Below are positions 25,539 to 39,447 of a stretch of 64,000 bases of DNA, piece after piece. The DNA comes from Paraspadella gotoi (Eukaryota > Animalia > Chaetognatha), in assembly GCA_051294375.1 (NCBI GenBank), contig CM119264.1, positions 24,603,842 through 24,667,841 of the forward strand, given 5' to 3'. The first letter of the stretch is position 1; each line of letters starts with the position of its first letter. The position numbers and the translations under genes were made by a program. The notes under the pieces are model-generated. The model had not been told where the DNA came from and did not search any database. It was given only the letters and a program-made list of their open reading frames with translations.

Positions 25539-26944
25539 CATTTAAGTAAAAAGACAGGGATTTCAGCATGAAACCAAAGTAGAATTTATTGAGAGAAAAT
25601 AAACAAGAAGATAGTGTCAATTTTTGGACAAAATGATCAAGTACAAAAAGCAATGCAATTTATCAGAGACGTGGGTAAATTTTTCCCGGCGGATGGAATC
25701 CCATCCGCCTACTGGCCGGTTCCATCTAGCACTCGACCAATCATAGAGCTTGATTCCATTTTCTCCCGGAGTCTATGATCCGATTCCATCCGGTTCCACT
25801 TGATTCCATCCTTTGAGTTTCTAGATCTTCTGTAAATCGCGAGTTGCATCAACAGTACTAACGTCTTCCCCTGCGACAGGCGGCGTCACCGAGGGTCCGA
25901 AGCCACTAGCGCCAACAGGTGAGAGACCGCACCCAGCTAGGCATTACAGATAATCTGTATTTCGCCATAGTCGCATCTTTTTATCTCTTTTATTGGCCTC
26001 ACTTTTATAGTTCAGCCTCCTACCACTTTCTGCTCCGGTTGTTTGACGAGCAATATGGTGAGGTTTTTTTTTTACTGCCACATGGCCGAGATAGAATGAA
26101 CTGGTTGTCTCATTCACACTTTTGCCCTGCTTGGCTCGTTAATTTACGAGGCCACTGGCTTTGAGGACTATTGTTTATTAATTCAATGATGGTCAGCTGT
26201 TAATTGACTCATTGGCGGACTTTACCTCAAGCTCGTTGTACCCGTTTTGGTTCTAACGACTTCTTGTCTTTAGCCGGTCAAAGCAATTTCTGGAATAGCA
26301 TAGCGGTCAATAGGTAAATTGTCTTAGAATGCCATATCATGAATTGGGTCGACCAGCAAGTTTTTCCACTTTTTGATACTAAAACACAGCGATGTTCCCA
26401 TGGCTGCAATGGTTACCGGTAACCGCCATCGCTGTCAATGAGATATGATCGCAATTTACGAGACCTTATGTCGAGTTATTGGCCCATATGCTGAGGTCTT
26501 TTTAACCGAGAGATATTACGGCGTGAAATCATGGTATCATATAACTCTATGGTCTATACGTACTATGTATCTATTCAACTATTTATCTATCTATCTATCT
26601 ATTTATCTATCTATCTAATCTATCAATCTTTTGTCTGTATATCTAATACATGTATTGTAATGTTTATATCTAATCTGGTGCCAAAAAAGGAAAACGATGA
26701 GTGTGTCATATACCAATAAACTGATCTTTTTGGGTCTCTCGCCATAAAACCGGCACTACCTTTTTTATGGTCGATTAAAGACGAGAGGTTAAACCGTAGA
26801 AAAAAATGTTGTTCAATCAACTTCCTTCAAACATTTAAAATTGCCTTAAGGCCTAAGTTGCCTAAGTTGCTTAAGTTATATAATATTTATATATTATATA
26901 AATTGTATTTAAGTCGGAAATGTTAAATTAACAATCAAGGAAGA

Positions 26945-27015
<71 letters not shown>

Positions 27016-27163
27016 GGTCATGCCCTGCCTACGATGGTGGTCCCTCATCTCTTTGACAATCACCCTCTAAAAATTCTCTTTTCTTTCTCTCTCTCTCTTT
27101 CTTTCACTCACACACAAAATAAGAAGGGTTTCGCAACTATTAGGCTTTGACCTGACCCCTCTC

Positions 27164-27219
<56 letters not shown>

Positions 27220-27426
27220 TTCTCTCTCCTCTTTTTTAATTATGCGAGGCGAGAAAATCGCCTGGAATCTCACGCGAATAAACCAGAGAACAAACATCGA
27301 GGATAAACAAAAGATAAACAGTTTGTAAACAAACTTTGCAGTCAGTCAATTTCGCGCGGGTCAATTAACTGTTTCTCTTCTTTCTTTTTCTCTCGAAATT
27401 GGTTTCTTTTCATTCTGATTGGCTTT

Positions 27427-27473
<47 letters not shown>

Positions 27474-27779
27474 CTCTTTCTTTCTTTCTTTCTTTCACTT
27501 TCCATTCCGTTCCATACAGTTCTTCAATTATGCACAGCGTATTTGTCATCTGGGTCTTAATAGGAAAAATATGGATTAAGAAGGGAATTTCTGTTTGAAC
27601 AAGTGTGAGGGTCTTCAAGGTTTTCGGGCGACCGCTAAGACGCTAAGAAGACAGAGAGAAAAGAAAGACAGGGGAAGAAAATGAGAGGAGANNNNNNNNN
27701 NNNNNNNNNNNNNNNNAAATAAGGACAGATGTGACGTGAGAGAGTTCACTTACATCCTAACAAACTTCGTATCGATTGC

Positions 27780-28177
27780 CGTGAGATTAGATTTACGGAG
27801 AACATTCCTATCTGTGATTTCTTTGTTATTATACAGAGATCCATTGTACATATTCATGAAATTTATGTATCTTGCTCGAGTGTATCTTTCTCACTTTTAT
27901 TGCTCGGAATTTTGCCTACTTATTCTCTGTTCAAGAGGCGCAGAGCGTAAACCTGAGCAAACTTTGCCTCGACTCAAAAGAATCTCGGCAAATTAGAAAA
28001 GAAAGGAGGGGAAAAAATGAAAAGAAAAAAAAATCAGCGGGAAAAAAAGAATGAGAGATATAAAGGTAAGGAACTTTACCTTTCCTAATTTTTCCTTCTT
28101 TTCACTTTGTCAAATTGTCTGATTTTCTTCTTTTTTAGCTCATCTCCTAATCTCTATTTTCTTTTCTTTTTAACTCG

Positions 28178-28235
<58 letters not shown>

Positions 28236-28284
28236 CTCTCTTCTCTCTTCTCTCTCTTCTCTTTCTCTCTCTCTCTCTCTCCCG

Positions 28285-28319
<35 letters not shown>

Positions 28320-28670
28320 TTAAAAAGAAAAGAAAAATAGAGATTAGGAGATGAGCTAAAAAAGAAGAAAATCAGACAATTTGACAAAGTGAAAAGAAGG
28401 AAAAATTAGGAAAGGTAAAGTTCCTTACCTTTATATCTCTCATTCTTTTTTTCCCGCTGATTTTTTTTTCTTTTCATTTTTTCCCCTCCTTCTTTTCTAT
28501 TTGCCGAGATTCTTTTGAGTCGAGGCAAAGTTTGCTCAGGATTTATGCTTTGAACAAAAAATTAGACAAATTCGAGAATAAAAAAAAAAAGGAAGACAAA
28601 ATTGTATGTACATCATTCTATATAACAAAAAGAAGAAGGAATTGTTTGAACCGTAAACGAATCTCGGGAC
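27780..28670. repeat. Long inverted repeat centred on (CT)n/(GA)n
   Basis: 27952-28200 is the near-exact reverse complement of 28290-28540. The left arm degrades into noisy sequence toward the 25-N gap at 27692-27716. Confidence 0.85.
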
Positions 28671-29041
28671 GGAATGGTCGAAGTTGTAGGATGGTAGTAT
28701 CTCTCTCCATTCGGGATAAAAGGCATCAAGGGAAAAAAAAAAGAAAGAACCGAGGCTTTGCATTGTTTTGCTCCTAATCCTCTTTCAACTTTGTCTAAAG
28801 GATTTATTTGTTTCAACATCTTCCCTTTTTTATTTCGCTACTAAAGGCTTTTTTTTCCCGCCACTTTTACGACCTTTCTGCGTTCCTTCTTTCCTTGTGC
28901 TTTTTTTTTGCTTTCTTTGATTCATTTNNNNNNNNNNTCCTACCTTTTGTCATTATTGTGATTATTGTTATTTTTCTTCCTTCTCTTTTTCTTTCTGACT
29001 TTCTTGCTGACTTTAATTTTTTCTATCTTTCTTTCTTTTTT

Positions 29042-29109
<68 letters not shown>

Positions 29110-29289
29110 TTTTTCCCTGCACCGCATTCCACTGTGCACCAAAGTTTACAATCATTCCCTTCAAAATATTTATTGTAGGATTATCCTTCGCTCAAGTCCC
29201 TAATTTATTCGGAGGGTGAGAAGATCGAAGCGAGAAATGACAAACCTTCAGGGAGAGAGAGAGGGAGAGAGAGAGAGAGAGAGAGAGAG

Positions 29290-29351
<62 letters not shown>

Positions 29352-29590
29352 TCTTCCCTGTGGTCCGCACCTGGGAAACTGTAAATCCTCTCAAGTTTAG
29401 TCTCTTGATGATCTTCCACTCAACGCGAATAACTCCATCGACAGTTGGAGATGAGACGATGAATCATTGAAAAGATTCCACTCGTGATTCCTTTATTGAT
29501 TTTGCGAGCAATTCCACCATTGATTTCTCCAATAATTTCAATACTGATTCAACCATCTGTCATTTTAACAAGTTGTGTTGCGAATTATTT

Positions 29591-30000
29591 CACTAACGAT
29601 TCCATTATCGATTCAACTAGTTAATCTTTAATTCCACAAGCTGTTCTTCCAATGTTTCCACTAACGATTCCATTATCGATTCAACTACTTAATCTTTAAT
29701 TCCACAAGCTATTCTTCCAATGTTTCCACTAACGATTCCATTATCGATTCAACTACTTAATCTTTAATTCCACAAGCTGTTCTTCCAATGTTTCCACTAA
29801 CGATTCCATCATCCATCATTTTCACTAACTGTTTTTCAAATATTCCACTAAAGATTCCATCAACGATTCCACTACTTATAGTGTTTTTCCACCAACTGTT
29901 CTTCCAGTGATTCCACTAACGATTCCATCAGTGACTCCACAATTTATTCTGCTTTTCCACCAGATGTTTTTCCAATGATTCCACTAAAGATTCCATCATC
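29591..30000. repeat. 68-bp minisatellite (3 near-perfect units, then decayed units)
   Basis: cactaacgattcca starts at 29591, 29659, 29727 and 29795. Confidence 0.85.
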
Positions 30001-30059
30001 GATTCTCCAGTTCTCTTCTCTTTTCTCGACTCCAAATATTTGATGTCGGCGTCGAAGTC

Positions 30060-30330
30060 TCATTTGTTGTTGTCATCTTTGTCGCGTTTGTCGTCGTCGT
30101 TTTGGTTATCCTCGTTGCCGTTGTCGCCATTTTTGTCGTCGTCGTCGTTGTCGCTGTATTGGTGGTCGTCATCTTCGACGTCGTCACTTTTGACGTTCTC
30201 ATCGCCGTATTTTTCATCGTCATCGTAGTCGTCGTCGTCGTCGATGTGGTTGCTTTTGACGTTCTGATTGTCGACTTTTCCATTGTCGTTTTGGTCGTCT
30301 TTGTCGTCGTTTTGGTCATCGTCGGTGTCG
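30060..30330 (-). other. Asp/Asn-rich low-complexity open frame or degenerate (GAC)n tract, truncated by gap
   Basis: Reads DTDDDQNDDKDDQNDNGKVDNQNVKSNHIDDDDDYDDDEKYGDENVKS...*. Coding status unknown. Confidence 0.2.
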
Positions 30331-31703
30331 NNNNNNNNNNNNNNNNNNNNNNNNNNNNNNNNNNNNNNNNNNNNNNNNNNNNNNNNNNNNNNNNNNNNNN
30401 NNNNNNNNNNNNNNNNNNNNNNNNNNNNNNNNNNNNNNNNNNNNNNNNNNNNNNNNNNNNNNNNNNNNNNNNNNNNNNNNNNNNNNNNNNNNNNNNNNNN
30501 NNNNNNNNNNNNNNNNNNNNNNNNNNNNNNNNNNNNNNNNNNNNNNNNNNNNNNNNNNNNNNNNNNNNNNNNNNNNNNNNNNNNNNNNNNNNNNNNNNNN
30601 NNNNNNNNNNNNNNNNNNNNNNNNNNNNNNNNNNNNNNNNNNNNNNNNNNNNNNNNNNNNNNNNNNNNNNNNNNNNNNNNNNNNNNCTCGTAGAGGGAGA
30701 GGATGTTAATGAGAAAGACAAAGAGTCGATTAACGATGAAAGGAAACGACCTCACTCGTTCCACTTTAATGGTTCCACCTCGGGGGGAGGGGAGTCGCGA
30801 CTCGCAAGGGGATCGGGTAAGTCGGGGATGGATCGAGAGGTGAGTAAAAATGGGGATTGAGAAAAGGAGTAAGTTGAGGATTAAAAATAAAAAAAAGGGG
30901 TGGGGAGAAAAAAAGATGAGTTGTCAGAGTGGGGTAAAAAAAAAAGAGGTTTCGTTCTAGTTCTAAAAATAGAAACCATTTTCGTCTGCTAACTTTCTAA
31001 ACAAAAGTCTCAAGCTCTTCTGTAACCGAGTTCTAAATATAAAAAAAACCGTGAATTTCGCGATTATCTTAATAATCACAGAAAAGCATTGTCTTCTTGT
31101 AAAATACGATTATCGGATTGCAGTTTCTGTTATCCCTCCCCTCTGCCCCCATAACTAGCCTTTCCTCCCTCACCCTCTCCTCACCCTGAACACCCAATCA
31201 CGTGACTCACGATTTCTCTTTCGACTCAAACTCTTCTCATCTCTTCCGTCATTAAAGAAGCTTTTAATAGTTCAATCAAAGAAGTTTAATCGTTTCGTTA
31301 TTAGGGTTTAATGGCTCATCTCTCTCTCTCGCATCTCAGTCTTTATATTCTTTCTCTCTACTCATCCTCTCTACTTCTTTATGCTCTCTCTCTCTTCATC
31401 TCCGTCGTCTCTCGCTCCTCTCTCTTGTTCTCCCCGTTCCATCAGTCTCTCTCTCCCCTATCATCTCCATCCCTCTCCCTTCTGCTCCTCTCTCTACTCG
31501 TCTTCTCTCTCTCGTCTCAACTCTCTCTCTCCTCTCGTCTTCCTCAAATTTTTAAATTCGATAAAAGAGGAACAGAGCTAAATAAAACGAAATGGGAAAA
31601 GATTCCGACGCTGATTACGGACGATAGTGATATAGATATTGGCGTCAACGATGGCAAGTACGCGACGAGGCGGGATATGGGACTGGGGACGAACGGCGTC
31701 CGC

Positions 31704-33259
31704 CAGTGATCGAAATAATGAGTGTTTTTCTCGGAAAAACTGATGCCCAAGGAAAAATCGTGCAAAGTAGCATTGGTTTTTAGTAAGGTGTGTTATTACA
31801 TTGGTAAGTGAGTTAAGTTTATATTTTAAAAAAAAAACTTTATTCGTTTACCAGAGCTGTTTCTACCTTATAAAATCGGTAAATATGTTTCTGAGTATAG
31901 GGGATTTTTTTAAATTTGGGTAAAAGAGAAAATAAATTCTACATTATGGTTTTCTAAGAAGATATCGTTTCCGCGAATTTTTTTTTAAAGTAAAAACAGT
32001 AAGAGACAATTTCTAACAACAGTTACGACTTCAATTTCGTATTGAAAAAATATAAATCAAAATAGTCTAAACTTGGTGTTTTTAGTTTCTCAGCATCACA
32101 AGCTTTCTAGTTTATTAAAAATAATATTATTTTTAAATTTCCCGTTCCTTCCACAGGTAAAAATTTTTCAAAGGTCCCTAAAGATTAGGCCGTCATTCAT
32201 AAAAATTATGCCAAATAAAAGCAGGATTATGGAATTGATGATAAGAAATATGATATTTAGAAATATACCTAATACAATCTTATAGCCAATCATACTATAA
32301 GCAAAAATTCTAGAGAATGACAAAAAACGAGAGGTTGCTGTGGCGCTGTAAGGCGGCTGGGACTTGGCGGCCGGAATCGTTCCGCGGAGCAGTAGACCAT
32401 GGTTTGAGGTTGATTATACGTTTGAAAACGTAAACAAACTAAAACGAAAAAAAAAATTGTCGTTGTTGTCGTTGTCGTCGTCTTTGTTCGCAATATCATT
32501 TGAAAGTGTCACCACAACTTTTCTTAAATTGTTGGTCATGTTTTTTTTTCTTTATTTGTTTTTTTTTTCCTCAAGAGTTTTATTAATTGGTCCTAGTTTA
32601 AGAGACACCTAAGGTTTTTTTCTTTTTTCTAAAATTAAAAAAAATTTTCTTTTAAAAGAAATATTGTAGCAAAAACTAAATTAGTTGTATCGAAATTTTT
32701 GTAAAAAAAAAAAATTATTTCAAAAAATCCATTTGGTTATTAACTAACATGTACTTGGTTAGCGCCTTGTCCCTCGGCACACCTATCTGCCGGACACGGC
32801 GGACAAAAGGTCAATGTGGGGAGGCTTCCTGATATGATTGAATCATTAAATGCAGTGGTAAGAATGGCCGTGGCTTCCTGCGTGGCTTTTTCCAATATAA
32901 GACTTGAGGGCTAGTATTTGAAAATTAATATACAGTAAAATGCTGTTCAACGCAAATTTATAATCCAGTCCAAATGCAAACTATCCAGAATTATTTTGAC
33001 ACAAATGAAGGTAAAAAAGAAAAAAAATTAGGTTTTATTCGTTAAATTGTCTACAATAAAACAAAACAAAGTGAGCTTCAAAAAAAGAAAAGCCTTATAT
33101 CTCTCCGATTATGAATATATTTTTTGCAACCCGATATGCATAAAGAGCAGTGTTCCTTTGGTTTGATACACCCTGGAACCGGATTAACACGAAAAAATTA
33201 TTAACTATATGATGTACCCACCCTTTTTTCCTGAGTAAAAAAAATAATTTCGATGACTG
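31704..33259. mobile_element. Non-autonomous hAT-like DNA transposon, ~1.56 kb, absent from the other copy of the locus
   Basis: Inverted ends cagtgatcgaaataat... and ...ataatttcgatgactg. Flanks ggcgtccgc and tgcgccgg approximate an 8-bp TSD of the empty site ggcgccgg at 35236-35243. Confidence 0.65.
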
Positions 33260-36200
33260 TGCGCCGGTGACGAGAACAGAACTGACGTACAACGGAGACG
33301 ACCACGATCGAACGAACAACGACATTGGTGGAAAAGACGATTGACTTCGACGAATCGGATGATGAAATACTGTACAAACAACAAACCAACGCGTTTGGCA
33401 ATGAGGTGCTGAGAATAGAGATTTGACTGAAGGCCATTCCAAGCACATGTCTCTCTCCTCTCTCTTCCTCTCGCTAATCTTCGGCTCCCGTCTCGCATCA
33501 TCTCCGCTGCGGTCCTATCTCTTCCAGCCCCCGCCTCACATCAATGCATCCCTTCTCTCTCTCGTTCTTTCTCCCTCTCGCCTCTCTCTCTCTCCTCCCT
33601 CATCCTTACCCTCATATGTTTTATTTATGATAAGAAATCGGAAAAGAGACCTTGTTTCTATCGAATTTAAAAATCGACGATAATTTTTGTAGCGACTAAA
33701 CGACGGAGACGACGAACGACGACGACGCACGAACGACGACGACGAAGATGAACGAAGACGAAGACGCCGCTGACCGATTAACCGGTTTTCAACGGTACCA
33801 AGGATTTTCTTCTCTTCCCTAGAGAAATAAAAAAAAAAAAAAATCGAGATTCAGGTTTTTTTGTTTATTTTTTTTTTTCTTTAATTTTGATTTTTATTTT
33901 TTGTGGTTTTAATAAGAGTTTAAAAACGGTTAGTAAGAAGAAAAGAAAAAAAAAGGGAAAATTGGAAAAAGAACCGAGGTTAGATTTTCCTTCCTTTGTT
34001 CGTGTCAAATTTACGGTTTTAGATTTTTGGTTTTTTTTTTGGTTGTTTTCCGTGGTTTAGGTTTTTTTTCCTAGGAATTTGGATTTGTTACTTTTTCTGG
34101 TCTGTTTGCCTTCGCAGGAACATCTTACATTAAATAAAATCTTCTCCTTTTTTGTCGTCTGGCTATCAAAAAGTGGTCTTTCGTTGTCGATCGTTTTGAT
34201 CCTCGTCGTCGTTGTCGTCGTGCGTCCTCTTCCTCCTCCTCCTCCTCCCCGTCCCCCTTCCTCGCTCCCTCCACATGGTCTTTTGCAAGTCTTTAATATT
34301 TCATCTCGTGTTTTCGAAATGCCTGATTCATCAGATGATTATCAGATAGAATATAAAATGAATATGATATTCTGATTTCAATGATTTAATATATATAAGC
34401 CACTGGCATTATCCGCAAACAAATGATCGTAAAAAATGGACTCATTTTTAAATACTGACTGCATACATTCACAATACAACACTACTAATTAACAAACTAC
34501 TATTAACAACTAGTTATTCGTAAGGCTAGCAATGTCTTTTTGTCCTAGCAGGTCTTTGCTTCATCATTTGTTTTTCTCGTCAATAAGTTTCTTTTCTCAC
34601 TTTTGCCAGACATGACGCAATCCCCATCGTTGGGATCGTTTTCAAACGTCGCAGCCTCCCGACATTTTGTAACCGAATTCGCGTGGTATGGAGCTTTTTC
34701 TCTGTTTTCAAAACTTAATTTCCTTCAGATGGAAAGTGCTTAGCTAAAATTCATTTTTTAATGGCGTGGAGTCTTTTTTTCCTTTCGCTTACCTTTTTCC
34801 ATGACTTCAACCTCAATCTCTAAAGGCGGAATTTTCGATAACTCTCATACAGGTAGAAAACTCAGACTCAGTAGCGCCTTTAAACTAAATAAAAAACTAT
34901 GATCTTCTCCTCTATCTATCTATCTATGCTATCTGATCTATCTATCTATCTATCTATCTATCTATTTCTACTATCTCTACTATCCTATCTATCTATCTAT
35001 CAAGTCTATCTCGTTAAAATTAAAGCGCTTTTGGCCAAACCCGACCGATACCCGACGCCACGTTCGCTCTCGAGNNNNNNNNNNNNNNNNNNNNNNNNNT
35101 CTCTCTCTCTCTCTCTCAATTTTAATTCGAAAAGAGACAGAGCTAGTAAAAACGAGAATGGGAAAAGATTCCGACGGAATTACGACGATAGTGATAGATT
35201 ATTGCGACGGCGACGACGGCGATAGGGACGACGACGGCGCCGGTGACGACGACGACGACAACGACGACAACGACGACGACAACGACATTGGTGGAAAAGA
35301 CGATGACTTCGACGATGGATGATGAAATACTGTACAACAACAACAACGCGTTTGGCAATGAGGTGCTTGAGAAATAAGATTGACTGAAGCCATTCCAAGC
35401 AACTTCGTTAGGACAGGCCAGCGCAAAAAGGGATTAGACAAAGAGAAGGGCGGACGGAGTAAAAGGGATAAACCCCGGAGATAGAAGGTCGACAGAGAGG
35501 GAAGAGGGTAGAGGTAAGAGAGAGAGAGAGAGAGAGGTGAATCATAATAGGAGATGGAAGAAGAGAGATGGAGATAGAGATCGATAGAGAGGGAGAGGGT
35601 AGAAGGAGAGAGAGGAGAGTGACTTCGTAGAGGAGAGGCATTGTTAATTGAGAAAGCACAGAAGATCGATTAACGACTGTAAAGGAAACGACCTACCTCT
35701 TTCCCACTTTAATAGTGATTCAACCTCGGGGAGGTCGCGGGAGAGTCCGCGACCGAGAGGGAAATACTGGGGTAAAGTCCGGTGGATGGATCGAGAGGTG
35801 AGTAAAAATGGGGATTGAGAAAAGGAGTATAGTTCGATAAATATAAAAGGTGTGGGGACGAAAAAACAGATGAGTTGTTCAGAGTGGGGTAAAAAAAAAA
35901 GAGGTTCGTTCTAGTTTCTAAAAATAAAAGAACCGATTTTCGTCTGCTATAACTTTCTACAACATAAAGTCTTTATCAAACTCTTCTGGTAAACCGTTCA
36001 AAATATATTAAAAAAAAGCTTAAAACCGTGAAATTTCCGCGATTATCTTAATAGAGTCACAAGAAAGCATTGTCTTCGTTGTAAAAATAAGAATTATCAA
36101 GTGCGAATTTATTCGGATTTCATGTTCCTGTACTCCGCCTGCCCCACATAACTAGCCTTCTCCCTCACCCCCTCTCTCATTATTTTCCTGACATCACCTC

Positions 36201-39034
36201 ATCACGTGACTCACAATTTCTGTGTCTTATTTCGTTACTTCATCTCCACTTATCAAATCTCTTCCACCTCCGTCATTAAAAGAAGCTTTAATAGTTCGTC
36301 ACATCAAGTCGAAGTTTATATTACGTTCTCGTTATTAGTTTAATTGGCTCATCTTTCTCTCTCTCTTCATCTCTCTTTCATCTTCTTCTCTCTCTCCATC
36401 CTCTCTACTTCCTCGCTTTCGGAGTTATCTCAGTCATTCTTCGCGCTTCTCTCTCTATTTCTCTTCTACACTCTCTTCTTCTGCTCTTTATTTCTTTCTC
36501 ATCTCTTTTTTTCGTCTCATTCTGTATTTCTTCTTTTCCTATGTTTTCTCTCTAATGTTTTTCTTCTTATTCCTCTTCTCTTAATTTTAAATTCACTAAT
36601 AAGAGAGCAGAGATTCTTGTTTATGTTATTATATACTGAGACTATTTTGGGTTTAAAGAATTCCTGTACTTGTTGTATTTTAACGTACTGATCTTAGTGA
36701 TAGTATTATTTTTTGTTTTTTTTTTTTCTTTTTATTTATCCTTTACTTTTTAGACTTAATCGATTATACAATATAGAAAGCGAACGACTGAGCGTTATTA
36801 TTGGGACGTTTTTTGTTTTTTTTTTTATTTTATCGACGGCGGGTCCGAAAGTGTATATTCCTCAGGAGACGAACCAACTGTTACGTAACGATTTTTTTTT
36901 GTATCATTATCTTTGACGACGAAATCTTATATGTTCTTATTCTAGATAAGTTTGGATATAAGATCCTTGATTTTTGTATTTTTTTTTTTCTGTATGTACG
37001 TTTGTGTAAATGTATTGTTTTAAAATTGTTTTGATTTCTGTTAATTTTGCAAGTCACATACTTAACTTGTTCGTTGGTCTATTAGAGTTGTGTGTTCTTT
37101 TGTAGATATATTGATAGATATTAGACTTTGTATAGCATTTCTCGCTAATGTTCACACATTTTTCGTTTCTTTTCTTGTTGTTTCTTTTCTTTTTTCTCGT
37201 ATTCTTTTTCCATTTTTCTTCTTATCTCCTTCCTATTGTATTTGATTCTTTTTATTTTTTTTGGCTCTTGGATTTCATTTTCGTAGCCTATGCTTGCTTA
37301 TGATTTTTCTATTCTTTTTTCATATTTTTTTTTTTAAAGATTTTTTTTTTTTAATTTTTTATTTTTCTTGTTATTTATTTTTTTTTTTTTTCTTAAAAAA
37401 GTAAACTTTTTTTTATTACTTTTTTTTTTATTTTTCTCTTGCCTTTCTTTTCTTTTACTTTTCTTTATCTCTTTTTATTCTTTTATTGTTTTATTTAGTT
37501 TATTCTTTATTTTTTTATGATTTTTTTATTATACTTCGTTCTTCTTTCTTCTTTTTCGTTTTCTGTTATAAATTATTTTCTTTATTTTATTTTTTTCTTT
37601 TTGCTCTTTTTAATTTTCTCTATCTTACTAATCTTAACATTTGCTTAATTTCTTTACTTTACATTATTTTTATTTTGATTTTTTTTTATTTTTAATTTAT
37701 GATATATTATATCGGAAAGAGTATACTATTTTTCCCTAAATTCAGTGAGAAATATTAAAATCGAAAAAACAAAAGAAAATTTAGTAGTCTAGGACCTAAA
37801 ACGACGGACCGTTCACGGAAAACAGCACGAGCACCGACGACTGAAGACGAACGACTAGAAATAACAGAGGACGGAAACGACGAGGACACGCCCAGGGGCG
37901 TATTAGAGGAAACAACCCGGAATAGAATACATCAAAAGGATTCTTCACCCAAGGGAGTTTATAATCCTATTCTTCTTTACCCTAAAGAGATAAATAAAAA
38001 AAAAAAAATCGGATCAGGAGTGCTATAGCTTTACAGTATATTTTATATAAATTACATCATTTAATTTATTAGATTATATAGTGTTTTTTAGGTGAGTATT
38101 ATTTAAAGTTATATAAAAAACGTTTAATAAGTGATGAAAAAGAAACAAAAGAGGAAAAGGTATTCGGAGACCTTAGTGAAGTTTTATCATCTTTTCTTTT
38201 TGATCGTNNNNNNNNNNNNNNNNNNNNNNNNNTCTTTGATTCGTGTCGAAATTTAGTTTTAGATTTTGTTTTTTTTGTTTTTTCCGTGGTTTAGTTTTCC
38301 TAGGAATTTGGATTTGTTACTTTTCTGGTCTGTTTGCTTCTGCAGGACATATTAACATTAAATAAATCTTCTTCCTTTTTTGTCGTCGCTATCAAAGTCT
38401 TCGTTGTCGTCGTTTTGATCCTCGTCGTCGTTGTCGTCGTCGTCCTCTTCCTCCTCCTCCTCCTCCCCTTCCTCCTCTCCTCCACATGGTCTTTGCATCT
38501 TTAATATTTATCTCGGTTTCGAATGCTGATTCATCAGATGATATCAGATGATATAAAATGATATGATATTCTGATATTCATGATTTAATATAATAAGCTG
38601 GCATATATCCGCAACAAATGATTGTAAAAAATGGACTCATTTTTAATACTGACTGATACATTCACAAATACACTACTATTAAAACTACTATTACAACTAG
38701 TATTCGTAGCAATGTCTTCCTGCAGTCTTCTCTCATTTTTTTTTCTCGTCAAAAGTTTCTTTCTCACTTTTGCAGACATCGACGCATCCTCGTCTGGGAT
38801 CGTTTTCAAAGTCCAGCTCCGACATTTGTAACCGAATTCGCGTGGTATGGAGCTTTTCTCTGTTTTCAAAACTTATTTCTCAGATGGAAAGTGCTTAGCT
38901 AAAATTCATTTTAATGGGTGGAGTCTTTTTCCTTTCCTTACCTTTTCCATGCTTCACCTCATCTCTAAAGGACGAATTTTCAGATAACTCTCATACATAG
39001 AAAAACTCAGTAGGCTTTAAACTATGATTCTCTC

Positions 39035-39447
<413 letters not shown>

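Noticed and set aside
32290-32499. CSAERF string resembling the hAT dimerisation motif inside the hAT-like element
   Set aside because: The surrounding residues do not match a transposase and the sequence is noisy.
36600-37700. Extremely T-rich 1.1-kb tract
   Set aside because: The underlying 35115-35400 sequence can be traced through it with inserted Ts, indicating a low-quality read segment.
38510-38540. Minus-strand CTGATGAATCAGCATTCGAAACCG hammerhead-like string
   Set aside because: Lacks the UH cleavage site and a convincing stem I and II; the duplicate copy at ~34310-34335 disagrees.
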